NCBI GenBank assembly: GCA_020891255.1
Contig: BQFW01000002.1
Span: 3,928,395-3,992,394 of the forward strand
Source of the DNA: Entomortierella parvispora E1425
Taxonomy: Eukaryota > Fungi > Mortierellomycota
Reading direction: 5' to 3'
Length of the DNA: 64,000 nucleotides
A program made the translations under genes and the position numbers. Below the pieces are notes generated by a model that was given only the letters and a program-made list of their open reading frames with translations, searched no databases and was not told the origin of the DNA. Positions 13,061 to 24,831 of this stretch are shown here, piece by piece. Within the stretch, counting starts at the first letter, position 1. Every line of letters starts with the position of its first letter.

Positions 13061-14975
13061 ACCCAGGAACCCCCTCAACCTTTTACTTTCGATAATAAAA
13101 CCAATGACAGTTACCCGTAAACATATAAAAGAATCAGGAGGGGCCCATTCCTCTTAAATCGCGCTACCCTGTTGTTGAGACTTCTCCCGGTGAACTCCTG
13201 CTGGTGGACTCCTGGTATCAGCAGTTAGGCCCCCTTCCGGGTGAATCTCGCAAAGGCCGTTAACCTGTTAAGAAGCGATGGTGCGGTTCGCGCCTGATGT
13301 AATCAATCTGTCTGGGATCGTGAGGGGGCGGAAGGCCGAAGGGGTTTTCTTGGGACCTCCGCTAGGAGCTGCTGGCTTTGCTATCCTCCTGAAGACGTAC
13401 TATTTATTTTTTTTGAAAGTACCACAGCCGCGGTTACCCCGCCTAGCCGTGCCTGCACCCAGTTGATGATGGACCCTTTACATAACCGTACACAGAGAAC
13501 GCGATAGACGGCTGCATCGCCATCCATGATGGCAACGCCGTGTTGTGAACGTGCGCAATCTTCCGCGACCCTGGTTGGTCGCAAACCCCATCTGCCTTTC
13601 CCGTCACCCCTGCCATCTAAATCTACACATTGATCTCTTTCGCGATCTCACGGTGCGTGGCGCCTTGGCTTGCATCTCTAACGACAAGAGTACGTAGGCT
13701 CGTGCCCATGTATCTCCGCGTCTACAAATATACGATTACCTGCCAACAAGATATCAGTTCGCAGCTAGAGCCAATTTGTAGCCACCATTCACACGAATCC
13801 ACCTCTAGATCGTCCAGTATGATCGCAAAATGCAGAGTCTTTGGTCAATGAGCAAGAGTTGAAACCTCAAGACGACTCCTTGGAAAACTGATAAACAACA
13901 ACAACATCGTAGTGTCTACAAAACATCAATCACCGCAACCACCCTGTCAAGGCCCAAGAGAGAAAGTGCTACTGGCCCCACCGCTCCACATGGAAGTTTG
14001 GATGCACTCACTTCCTCCTCACAACTCGGACACCGTGTATCAGAGATGGTGAATCAGACACACTTTGCCTTCCGCTGTAGGGACACCAGAATTTGCCCCT
14101 TTTACCCTTTCACACCAGATCCTTGTAAAAAGACGACTGTCATCTTAAATGAATCTCGCGCCTCAAGCGGACCCCTCCGCAGAGAGTGCTGGAACGCGTC
14201 TTCAAAAGCATTGGTAGTGGAGACACCACTGGGGTAATAAAAAAGAACATGAACGGCTCTTGGCAACACCAACAAAAAAAAACATCAGCTAGCTGTCGAT
14301 CACAGCCGCCACTTTAACCAATTCCAACACTCTATACGATCTCACCTGCATCGAATCTGTGGTGGCCATGCAAGGAACATCAATAAGCGAGCATGCGTAT
14401 TACGTGTTTAATATCCGAGAGCTGAGCAAAGGCGATCCGACGAAGAAGGCCTTGGGACCTGAGGTCCTAATTGTCGTTACTGAGAGGGTTAACTGGTCAG
14501 AACGTATCAGTCGAGTCGAGTTGTGTCGTGATAATAGCTACACATCATGAGGAGAGTGGTTCCTTTGCTCTTGTGGAGCCTAGGTTTACCCTTACATTGC
14601 TGTCGCGATTTCTACGTTTTTGCCGCAGAGGGGAATGCTCGGAGCCACTGTCTCCTGAGATTTTGTGGTTCCCCTTCTCGTCACCTCTTTGTCCTCCTTG
14701 TTCCAAGATGCTATCCAAAAGCTGGACGCATGCATACAAGGGAACAACCATCCACGTTCTGTAGACCCCGTATAGGATTTGGAGCAGATGGAATGGGGGA
14801 GGTTTCAAGCCCTTGTGTTCCGGGGGCCAGCAGGCTCTTTGGAGGCTGGATTGTATTGCCCTGAATTACTTTGTTTTCCAGAGGATGATCCGCCTCATCT
14901 ATTTAAGTAGTGCGTCTTGAGATGCGTACCTCTTCATCTTTATCTTTGCCTCCACCGCCGTCCCTACCTTGCACA

Positions 14976-15820
14976 ATGTTGAGCACCCTTTCCACGATCA
15001 CCTTTGCCTTCGTGGCCATTACTTCGTTTCTATCGTCCTCCCTTTCCTCACCTATCCCTAGTTCACAAGTCTCTACGCTCGTAAAACGGACACCCGCCAC
15101 CATCATCACGGCGTGCACGGTCCCAAACTCGTTTGCCATCACGTTTGACGACGGCCCAAGTATTTGGACACATGAACTACTGGATTACCTCGCGATCAAG
15201 AATGTCAAAGTTACGTTCTTTGTCAACGGACTGAACTACAATCTCATCACAGACCCACCAATTGCCGCGGTTGTGAAGCGCGCTCATGATGAAGGTCACC
15301 AGATCGGTTCTCACACCTGGGCACATGCTGACATTTCCGCACCGGGTGTTGATGTTGCCAGTCAGATGAAGATGTGTAAGTTTCTCTGTGTGCGCGCGCA
15401 GCCCATATCACTCACTGACGTTCTAACTTTCCACCCAATCCTAACACGACATTAGTGGATGACGCCCTCCTGAAGATCATCGGTGTTCGACCGATCTACA
15501 TGCGACCGCCCTACGGAAACACGTCTCCCGAGTCGCTGGAGTATCTCGGATCTCAAGGGTACAAGGTGATCAATTGGAATGTGGACACAAACGACTGGCG
15601 CCATCCAGAGGACCTTCAGTCGAACATTGAAGCCTACTTCGCTGCACTACAAGACCCCGCGGCTGTGGGGAAGGGTTTTATCAGTCTTCAACACGATGCT
15701 CAGCAACCCACGGCTGAGATCCTCTCCAAGCTAGCAATCGAGTACGCGCTGAGCAAAGGGTTCCAAGTCATGCCCGTGGGCACCTGCCTTGGAGACCCTA
15801 CTGGCTGGTACCGCCTCTAA
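14976..15820 (+). CDS. Secreted CE4/NodB polysaccharide (chitin) deacetylase
   Basis: Signal-peptide-like N-terminus, KR site, TFDDGP, GHQIGSHTWAH, MRPPYG, DTNDW and LQHD; one intron at ~15376-15454. Confidence 0.92.
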
Positions 15821-16309
15821 AGTACACCCGATCCTTCTTATCTACTTATCTACCTTAATATACACATCAACTACAATGCTTCCGAGGCATGATCTTCAAT
15901 GCTCAAAAAAAAAAAAAAACATGAGACAACGCCACCAAGTTGTAGGCAAGACGTCGTAAAAAAAAAAATCAGATAACGACGCGTGGGCCAGAGTTGTGTT
16001 TTTGACGTGTCTCGACAGTTGAAGCAAAAGACATCCAAGAAGAGAGAACCGGGATGGATGGTCCAATGTAATACGCTTCTTGGTGTCTTCAAAATGTGTT
16101 TCTAGGCACCATTCCGTCTGAAGATGCTACGCGCCATTAATGGATGAGGTCTGTGTAAGCGAATGGTCTTCTCTTCAGCGACGAAGTGCAAAAAACACGT
16201 CGCTAACGCGGAATGGGTCCAGCTCTCCACTCGTTCTCTTTGTTGCATTCATCTCCTCATCTCCGTACCATCCACTGAGCTTTTACCAGCTCTCCTTGTC
16301 ACTCTTACA

Positions 16310-17252
16310 ATGGCCACAAAGCTCACATCGGCCACTGTTGCCGCTCTGGTTTTTTCATTCGCAATGACATTCTCCGGAGCTAGCGTGATCCCAAATGCCC
16401 ATTCTGACAACGTCCAAGTCAGGTCTCTCGGCCCTTCTTCGCGATGAATCCTTCCACAACAATGATTTCAACACTGATATGGAGCTGGCAGCGAAACATT
16501 TTTTTGAAAAGAGAGACTCGGGTGGTGTTATCTCCTCCTGTACAGTTCCAACCACAGTCGCAGTTACTTTTGACGATGGCCCTTCAAGTTTACGGATGAC
16601 CTCCTTGACTTTTTGGACAGGGAAAAGGTCAAAGTCACATTTTTCATGAACGGCAAGAACGTCGGTGACATCTGGCAGTATGACTGGGTCGTCAAAAGGG
16701 CTTTCGAGGCTGGCCACCAAATCGGCTCCCACACCCGGTCCCATATGGATCTCGAAAAGGCTACAGAGGCTCAAACTCGTGAGGAAATGGCGCGCCGCAA
16801 GTGTTGACTTTGTTCCACTCTGACGTCTGTAGCAGAATGCACAATGCTGACTGTAAAATTAACCGACGGGATGTACATATCGACACAGAGGATGAGGCGC
16901 TCAAGAACATTATTGGCGTCTCGACCCATTTTCATGCGCCCTCCCTTCGGCAACCTGAATTGAGCTTCAGAAAGCTACTTGCGCAAGAATGGCTACAGGA
17001 TTGTCGACTGGAGTACTGATACCAACGACTAACGATTGGCGGCATCCTGAGGACATCAGCGCATCCCTGGACGCCTACAGGCTCACTGGACCAGACGCGC
17101 ACCGTCATGGCTTTATTGCCTTGGAGCACGACGCCGTTGGCACGACAGTTGAAAAGCTGGCGCCGCTTGTGATTAAATACGTCAAAGCCCAAGGACCCTA
17201 TCGGAACATGCCTGGGTTTGGATCCCAGCCAATGGTACCGCCAGTAATCTAA
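16310..17252 (+). pseudogene. Disabled tandem paralog of the CE4 deacetylase
   Basis: TFDDGP, GHQIGSHTRSH, RPPFG, TNDWRHPED and LEHD lie in different frames. There are frameshifts after DDGPSS (~16590) and before RPIFMRPPFG (~16921), plus an in-frame TGA after GNLN. Confidence 0.85.
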
Positions 17253-17853
17253 TTAGGACCATACATGTTTTAAAAGGTATGAGGGTAGACGGCAGAGGCG
17301 ACTTTGATTCAAATAAAAATATAGCTTCGGAAGTGGTTTCAGGAACTTCGCAGTAAAGATCACATCATGAGCCTTGTGTTTTTACCGTTGTGGGGGAGAA
17401 AGGAAAGAACAAGAGCACGGAACAAAGAAGCCTGAGGTAAGGGAACGGAGAGTCGAAATGCTGAGGAAGGCACGCGCGTGTCGGGAAACAAAAGGGAACA
17501 TGTAGGGCGTCTTGTCTCCACACACCCTGAAGGTGAGGATGAATGCCAGCCTGCTGCTCACATCCAACGGTGGCAGCTGGAAATGAACGTCGTGCGAGTT
17601 CTGTGTAACTTTGTCTGTATTCGGAAAGCGATTAGTCATCATATTCGCGACGCGTTTTCTGCATTTAGCGACCAGCGACAAGCCCTTGGTTCGGGGCTTG
17701 GCCACGACGCTCTCTCCCTTCTTTTGTCTCGTCCGCCTCCATCGAAGGATTGCATTACTCTTTTTTTCTCTTCTTTTTCTTCTGCATCCAACGTATACCT
17801 CCTTTTTCACTTTATTCACTCCTCTACTTTCATATACACTCTCCTGTCCCACC

Positions 17854-19878
17854 ATGCCGTGGAGATCCAAACCAGATGATCCATTGGAGGACCACAACAG
17901 ACTCTCCCCCTCTCCACATCCCTCAAGCCCATCCACCAACAGCCCTTACAGAGGTTATTCACGGCGAACCCCTGAGACCCCAGACTCTCTCAATGCCTCT
18001 CTATGTCACCGCCAGGACCAGGATGGATCTTCTGGAACGGAATCATCTGTAAGATTCATTCGAGAGGTCGATTGAAAAAAAAATTGGACAACGATTCTGA
18101 CGTTCACCTATTTTTTTTTTTTTTTTTTTTGGCTTCCAAAGTCCCCACTGGGTTGGCCAAGACCTGCAACATCACAAGCCCCCCACGATCGATCTGCCAC
18201 TGCACATTTATCATCCGCCTCTTCCGATCGCCACCTTCGACAGACACCTTCGGCCTTTGTAAAGCAGGGGTCAATTGAGCTTGAACCCCAGCACCGATCT
18301 ACTGTGCGAGCTGGTCCAGTACGGTCGACGGGCAGAGGAACACCAAAGGGACCATTGCCGATCCAGGATCAAATCAGTTTGTTGAAGAGCGTTCTCCGCC
18401 ATGATCCATTTAATTGCCCCATTCGACGAACTACACAAGTGTGGGAATGTATCGGTCGCGAGCAGGGCATTCGTGCTCGGACTTGCGCACGTCGGTATGA
18501 CAACATTATTCAAGCAAGCATCTCAGGGCAGGAGCGGACAAGCGGCACTGACGAACAAATTGCGACAAAAAAATCCATACTGGAACAACTCTTTCAAATG
18601 ATGAATCAGCCACAGGCGCTGCTCAGAATGCAAAAAAAGAAGCGGTATCGATCCGAGGATGCAGATCGACGGCTGCTTTTGGAGATTATTCGACTGAATC
18701 CATTTGGTCAAAAAGTCGGCCAGGTAGCGAAGGCCTGGGAAGATGTTCGAGATGCTCTCAATATGAAAGTGCATTCTAGACAGTGCATTAGAAGGGTAAA
18801 CAGGATGATCAAGCCGTATCTGGTCCGAGATCGAATGTACAATGGCGATATACCAGAGGCGATGCGGGAAGAGAATGATGATTTGATCAAGCAAGTTATC
18901 GACCTAATGAATGTGGCAGGACAAGAAGTTTCGCTTGACGAGGAAGAGGAGGACGACGAGGGAGCAGAGGCAGGGACGGTATTGCGTGGAGACGACAGCG
19001 GCACAGGAGTGTCGGACTCAGAAGAGCAGGATGATGAAAACTATGACGGGGCCAACAACCAATTGTCGTGCTCACCCAACCAAAGGAACGATGTCGCATC
19101 GCATTCTTCCACATGCTTGAGCGGCCAAATATACCAGAGTAGTTCACCTTGGCGTCCCTCAATCGGATTATCCAAGTCTCTAGTGCCAGGCGTGTCGATG
19201 CAGCAAAGGTCACCCACACTAAATGATCGCCGAGATAGTCAACCCTGGTCACCAAGGCATGCGCTAGACTCCCACCCTTACGCTCGAACAAGGAATCCAT
19301 CGCCTACAACGAGGGTACCACAGCACCCTCTCACCTCCCCTGCTCGACGGAGCCATAGCGACAGCGACAACCTCGGTAAAAAGCCAATACCACTTGCGAA
19401 CGGTGAATCCCATCTGCGAACGGTGGGCACATCCGATCAACCCCGGTGGCAAGACGTTGAAAACGAACAACAATCTCCAGACGAATTAGTTCGCCAAATA
19501 TACCACGAATTGCGATCATTACAAGGCAGTCTCGGCCGACTGAGTCAACAGCAGCAGCAAGAGCGAGATCTTCGTCGGTCTATGAGTTCTAGTATTTTTC
19601 AACTTCGGAGCCAGCTTGAGCAACAGCAACATCACATCTGGGATTTGCAGTATCAACTCAAACGTCTCCCTCTCCCTCCATCTTCCGTTGATTGTGTAAG
19701 GCAGGAACCAGGACATCAGATCGAAGCTCGACGGCCTCTAGAAAAAGATAGGGACGGGTTTTACAAACGGGAGCCTGCAATGCCTGTTTTTGTATCTAGA
19801 GTTTCCTCCACTTTTCGACATCGGGAGCGAATTGACACGCCATCTCCTGAAGAAACTCGGGAAGAAAGCTGGCGATAA
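17854..19878 (+). CDS. Protein with two tandem Myb/SANT-like (trihelix-type) domains and a low-complexity/coiled-coil tail
   Basis: ORF 18304-19878 has two related units, QDQISLLKSVLRHDPF...QVWECIG...RTCARRY and DRRLLLEIIRLNPF...AKAWEDVR...RQCIRRV. A probable first exon starts MPWRSKPDD at 17854. Confidence 0.65.
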
Positions 19879-20098
19879 GACGGCGCCTTCCAATTCTTGT
19901 AGGAATAAAGATGTATCACACACCCAAGGCCTTAAGGCGCAGAGGGGCAGACAGACAAGAAGACATACAGGACAGTGAAAAAAAGAGCGAGCACCGCTTC
20001 AAAATACATTTTACAATACCATTGAGAATGTATTTTATCCCGACGATTGGTCGCTTAAAACTATGTAGAATGCTCTATTCATGGCCCCTTCACATCTG

Positions 20099-21984
20099 TC
20101 ACAAGCCCTCGTCAGAAATCTGCCTCTCCAAAATCTCGTGTCGTATGTTGAACGCCTCATTCACAATCTAAAATAGGTCAATGAGAGGCACCCATTAGTA
20201 AACAGGAGTCATATCCTTTTTCCCACATTGCGTGCCGTTAAAAAATGAAAGCGTACCTGGTCCATATCTAGCGAAGGTAACCTCATGAGCATCGTTCTGA
20301 TTTCAGATTGCTCAAGCTCTTCCAAGCTCTCCTTGAGGTGCTTCAGGACTGCAAGACAAAAATAGGGGTGGAGGTCGATCCAGTCGGGCATGGCAAAATA
20401 TGTGTCCCATAGCCGCATCGTGTTCTCTAAAGAAAGCTCGCGCGAGAGCAAAAATTGAAGAGCCGAAGCAGCCCATTCCTTGATATCGACCTCCTCCTCT
20501 TCAAAATAGCTGTACAGGTCAGGGATACAGGTACGAAACAAGGTCATGAAGCTTGCGACTGCTTCATTGATACTCCGTGAGCTGAAGTGATCGTCTAACA
20601 TAAAAGTAAAAGCGACTAGAGAGTCAGAAAGCGTGGAAAATAGAAAAGGGAGGATATGGTACAAGCCAGAGAAATCAAAGAGATGGCTTACCGAGTATGT
20701 TGATCATCTTCTCAAAACAGAGAAAGGCATCGCATTCACGCTTGACAGAGTAAATGAACGGCGCACAGAGATTGACCATGGCCGGATAGTACTCGACGCG
20801 GTGATTATGGTTGCAAAAGGCGCTGATCACGTCTTCGAATATCCGAGGCATATTCCGACTGGACTCGATGTTGGTCTTGCGCAAATACCGCGAGATCTCT
20901 CCACGAACACGCTTGGTCATCTCGTTGGGGTCCTTTTCAATCTGCTCATAGTCAATCAGCTTTTGCTTCTGCGTGGAGACCTCTTTGGACCTGTCCGCCT
21001 CTTGGATCCCGAGCAAATACAACCAGACTTCCTGCATTTAGATATTGCGCGGGCAAAAAAGACATTAGTCAATGTAAAAGGCTCCACATTGTGATGACCA
21101 TTGAACACGCGACCCATCCGCTATCAACTGCAGCAACACGAGCAAGACAAGTGGAACCAAGAGCTTGCCCACTGTCGAAGTAAGCGACAACAATGGAGGG
21201 TGGGTAAACATAAAAGCCACGACGAAAAGAGGGAAAAGAGCGCAGCGTGGGGTGCAACGGGCGGAGAGCCATCAACAAGGAAGGAAGGTTTGTGCAAATC
21301 CAATGGGGATCCAGGGTTGGGCCACGCAGCGCCCTGATGCACGACAACAAACACAGAGGCAGACTGGGACTCGACGGGATGTGTGGGGAGGAGGAGGGGA
21401 CCATCTGCCTGCCGACAAAGATGGACCAAACAAGAGCGAGCACAAGGAAAAGAGAAGAGAGCGATCGCACGCGAGCAGAAAGGGGGACAAGACAAAGAGA
21501 CTCTCGCCCAACGCTGTGTCCCCTTCTGCCCCCTTGTCTGCATCGAATCGAATCGATTCAGGGCGTACAAGACAGAGGCCCACCTGCTGAGTGCTTGCCT
21601 GACCCGATAAAGCCAATGAAATAAAAAAACAATGGAGGCACTTACCCCTCGAATCTCTCTAGAAATGCCATGGCGGGCATAGTCCCTCAGCTTGTTGACC
21701 TCGACCCAGACTTCTGCATTCAGCACCTCTTCGTACTCTTCCACTGTGATCGACATGCTGTCCAGATGCTCCTGGCGGTACTGCTGCAATGTCCGCTTGT
21801 TGTATTTTGAGGGTGACGGGGTATTATGGCTGTTGTACAAGGAGTGCTCGCCCGGATTGTTTTGGTTGCTGTACGAGCTGTTACTGTGGTGGCCTGGCGA
21901 ATTGACAAGGCTTTGGTGATGGTGGTAGATGTAGGCCTGTCTGGGCTGCTGCTGCTGTTGCTGAGGTGGGGAGGAAAGGAGCAT
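20099..21984 (-). CDS. TBC (Rab-GAP-like) domain protein with degenerate catalytic motifs
   Basis: KLRDYARHGISREIRG|EVWLYLLG, YYPAMVNLCAPF, AFLCFEKM, FMTLFRTCIPDLYSYFEEEEV, EWAASALQFLLSRELSLENTMRLWDTY; final exon IVNEAFNIRHE...GL*. Confidence 0.85.
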
Positions 21985-22293
21985 GGCGGGCGGGTGGAAT
22001 GGGGATCAGAAACCAGATTCCGGTTCTTGAGCAGATCAGCACTTGGTTCACAGGCAGGAGGGATGCAATGGAGCGATGGAAAGACTTTAATGGGAGAGGA
22101 AGTTGGGGGGAAGGAGAGGAGGACTGGCAGGGTGGGTAAGAGAGGGAAGGTGCAGAGGAAGGAGACAGGGAGGGAGGACAGGACAGGGACAAACAGGACA
22201 GAGCAGGAGAGTTTTTTTTTCTTTTTCTTTTTTTCTGCTGATTGGAAAAAGGAAATTGTCAATTGGTGGGGAAGTCGCCAGACATCAAAACTT

Positions 22294-23773
22294 CTAGAAC
22301 CAAAAGCTGACTGAGAAGCTGGTCGATAGCGATCGGATGTAGTGCCACCACTGGAGCGGGATGTACAGCAGCTCACCTGCCTCCAACACTGCCTCGACAT
22401 ACTCGGCTGATGCAAACAACGGGAACTTTGTCAAATCTGGTTGCTCAACTTCCACCTGACTGGTATTCCCCAACATTGTGTTCACGCCCGAGTCCTTGTC
22501 AGTTGCCTCGTCCCCGGATTCTATTCCATTGCTTGTGGCAAAACTGTACAGCTTGGGTGTATCCTTGGGTGAGTACAGACGAACGTACTTTCGCCCCACT
22601 ACCTGAGCAAGTAGGTTATAGTAAGGGTCGGTGTGCATGGGGGAAATGGTGCCACCAGGCCCAAACCAAGCATTGAGGAGAACATCCTCTGGCGGTTGAT
22701 ATCCATCCTGCCGCCGAGGTGCAACAAGGCAGTAGTCAGGAATGTCAATATCTCGTCGTAGCCGTGGAATCTGGTCAAAAACATCGTGCTGGGCAAGGTA
22801 TCCCACTTGCCCCTTTGCGACAGCATCATCACCATCATCAACAAACTGCTCCACAAAATCCTTCATAGTCACAAACTTCTGGGTCCATTGCTCATCCGTG
22901 TACTGGCTCCCAATCTCTATGGGTACCAATCGATCAGGCCCTGCAATCCGGCAAATCATTCTGGGGTCCTTCCATTTCTCCAGCGCAGGCCAATGATCCA
23001 TTGCTCCTGTGATAATGAGGGGTGTACCTCCCAACGGTCCATTGATGTGTTCCTGAAATGCATCCATAGTAGGTAAATGTATCCGTGGGATTGGATATTG
23101 AATTCGAGGAATCTGACCTGTCCCGCCTACCCTGGTTGTCTTCTCCTTCTCCTCGTTCTGAGTTGCAGTGCTTTTGCGCTTTGATGGAAGAATAGACGGT
23201 ATATCTGTGCTTTGAATCCTGTCCTCCAAAGTCTTAATCAGGGCAAAGACAAAGTCTTTCCTACCTTGCCCTGAGGCGCCAGCCATGACCAATACTTGGT
23301 CGCAGGTTCTCAATGCCTTGCGCAAGAGGGAAATTTCGTCGTCCATTTCAGAGACAGCGCTCTTGTCGCAAGTAGAGCCTAGTATTCCCAGTGCCAGAGC
23401 CTTCAAAATCCCTGCATCCGTGTACAGTTCTCTCCAGCAAGCGGGTACCTCCCTGTAAGGAAAGGCATGTAGCATCTCTCGCGCAAGGTCCATGAGAACG
23501 TCCGACTGAAATAGGAGAAGCTTGGCGTGGTGCCTCCTACTTTCTTCTGTGCTGGAAGTAGGCTCCGTTTGAAGCGCAGCCACAACCTGCAACTGTGCCA
23601 CGGCGTCCTTCAGACCTTTCAACGGTGCATGTCCAAGTGTACTTTCTACTGAAAAAAAAAAGACATCATGTGAGTGGACCAATGGCAATTTCAGCTAGAA
23701 GGAATACACTCGAACACCCACCAAAGTCAGAGGCTGACCAGAGGCTGATGAATCGCGTCGATAGATCATGCAT
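22294..23773 (-). CDS. JmjC-domain hydroxylase, JMJD5/KDM8-like
   Basis: PLIITGAMDHWPALEKW, RLVPIEIGSQYTDEQW, YLAQHDVFDQIPRLRRDI, NAWFGPGGTISPMHTDPYYNLLAQVVGRKY, and GELLYIPLQWWHYIRSLSTSFSVSFWF (HxD...H triad). A short first exon is inferred at 23773. Confidence 0.88.
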
Positions 23774-24027
23774 TGCCGAGGAGAGAAAGTCAGCAGTGAG
23801 GAATGTAGGGACGAAAGATGGAGTTTGGTGGCAAATATTCAGCACAATGTTCGCAATAATTAGGTCACCGTATTTGGCGGTGAAGCGATCGACGCATGCG
23901 TTGATCTTGAGCGATCGCATTTCAATCTCGGACCAGCATCAGGAACATCCGCGAAGACGCGCTCAACAACCAGGAAGCAAGCACGCACGCACGACGACGA
24001 CGACGATCACTCCAGCATCTAGTCACC

Positions 24028-24799
24028 ATGAGAGAACTCCCCCAGAAGGAAGCCAACCTGTTCAAGCAGATCCTGGTAAGCATCAATCCTAATCGGACCC
24101 GTTTCTCCTGAATCTTGTCGCCTCTTCAGGATCTAATCTGGTCTCCTTCTACAAACAGAAATGCTATGAGAACAAGCAGTACAAGAAAGGGTTCAAAGGC
24201 GCTGAGCAGATCCTGAAAAAATTCCCCGAGCATGGAGGTATTTCGATGCATTGTTCAGTGGCGTCGCTTCTGTGCTTTCATTTTACTAATATAGCTACCC
24301 TTTCTTGACTGAAATAGAAACCCTGGCTCTGAAGGGACTCTTCTGCAATCATTTGGACAAAAAGGAGGAAGCTTACGAGTTTGTCAAGAAGGGCCTCCGT
24401 CATGACCTCAAGTCCCACATCTGTAAGCGAACGGACTGGTAAACGATCGACCCTTTCAATCAACCTTTCCTAACTTGACTTACATGTTGAACCTTTAGGT
24501 TGGCATGTTTTCGGATTGTTGTACCGTTCGGACAAGAACTATGAGGAGGCACTGAAGTGCTATTCTCAGGCTTTGAAGATCGACAAAGAGAACATTCAGA
24601 TCATGCGGGACTTTTCACTCCTCCAGATCCACACCAGGAACTATGAAGGTCTTGTGGACACACGCCACCAATTGCTCGAGCTTCGCCCTCAGAACCGACA
24701 GTACTGGATTGGATTGGCGATCGCTTATCAAATGATGGGCAAGCCTGACTCTGGAGTCAAGGTGTTGACCGCCTATGAGGAGACACTCAAGGTACGCCC

Positions 24800-24831
<32 letters not shown>

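Noticed and set aside
13165-13415. Assignment to SRP RNA, RNase P/MRP, snRNA, telomerase RNA or a TPP riboswitch
   Set aside because: Only partial resemblances (an Alu-like hairpin plus TGTAA); no SRP helix-8 motif, CR-I/CR-V pair, CCCTAA template or TPP core.
20205-20220. ATATCCTTT as a U12-type donor
   Set aside because: It is on the strand opposite the TBC gene and does not mark an exon boundary.
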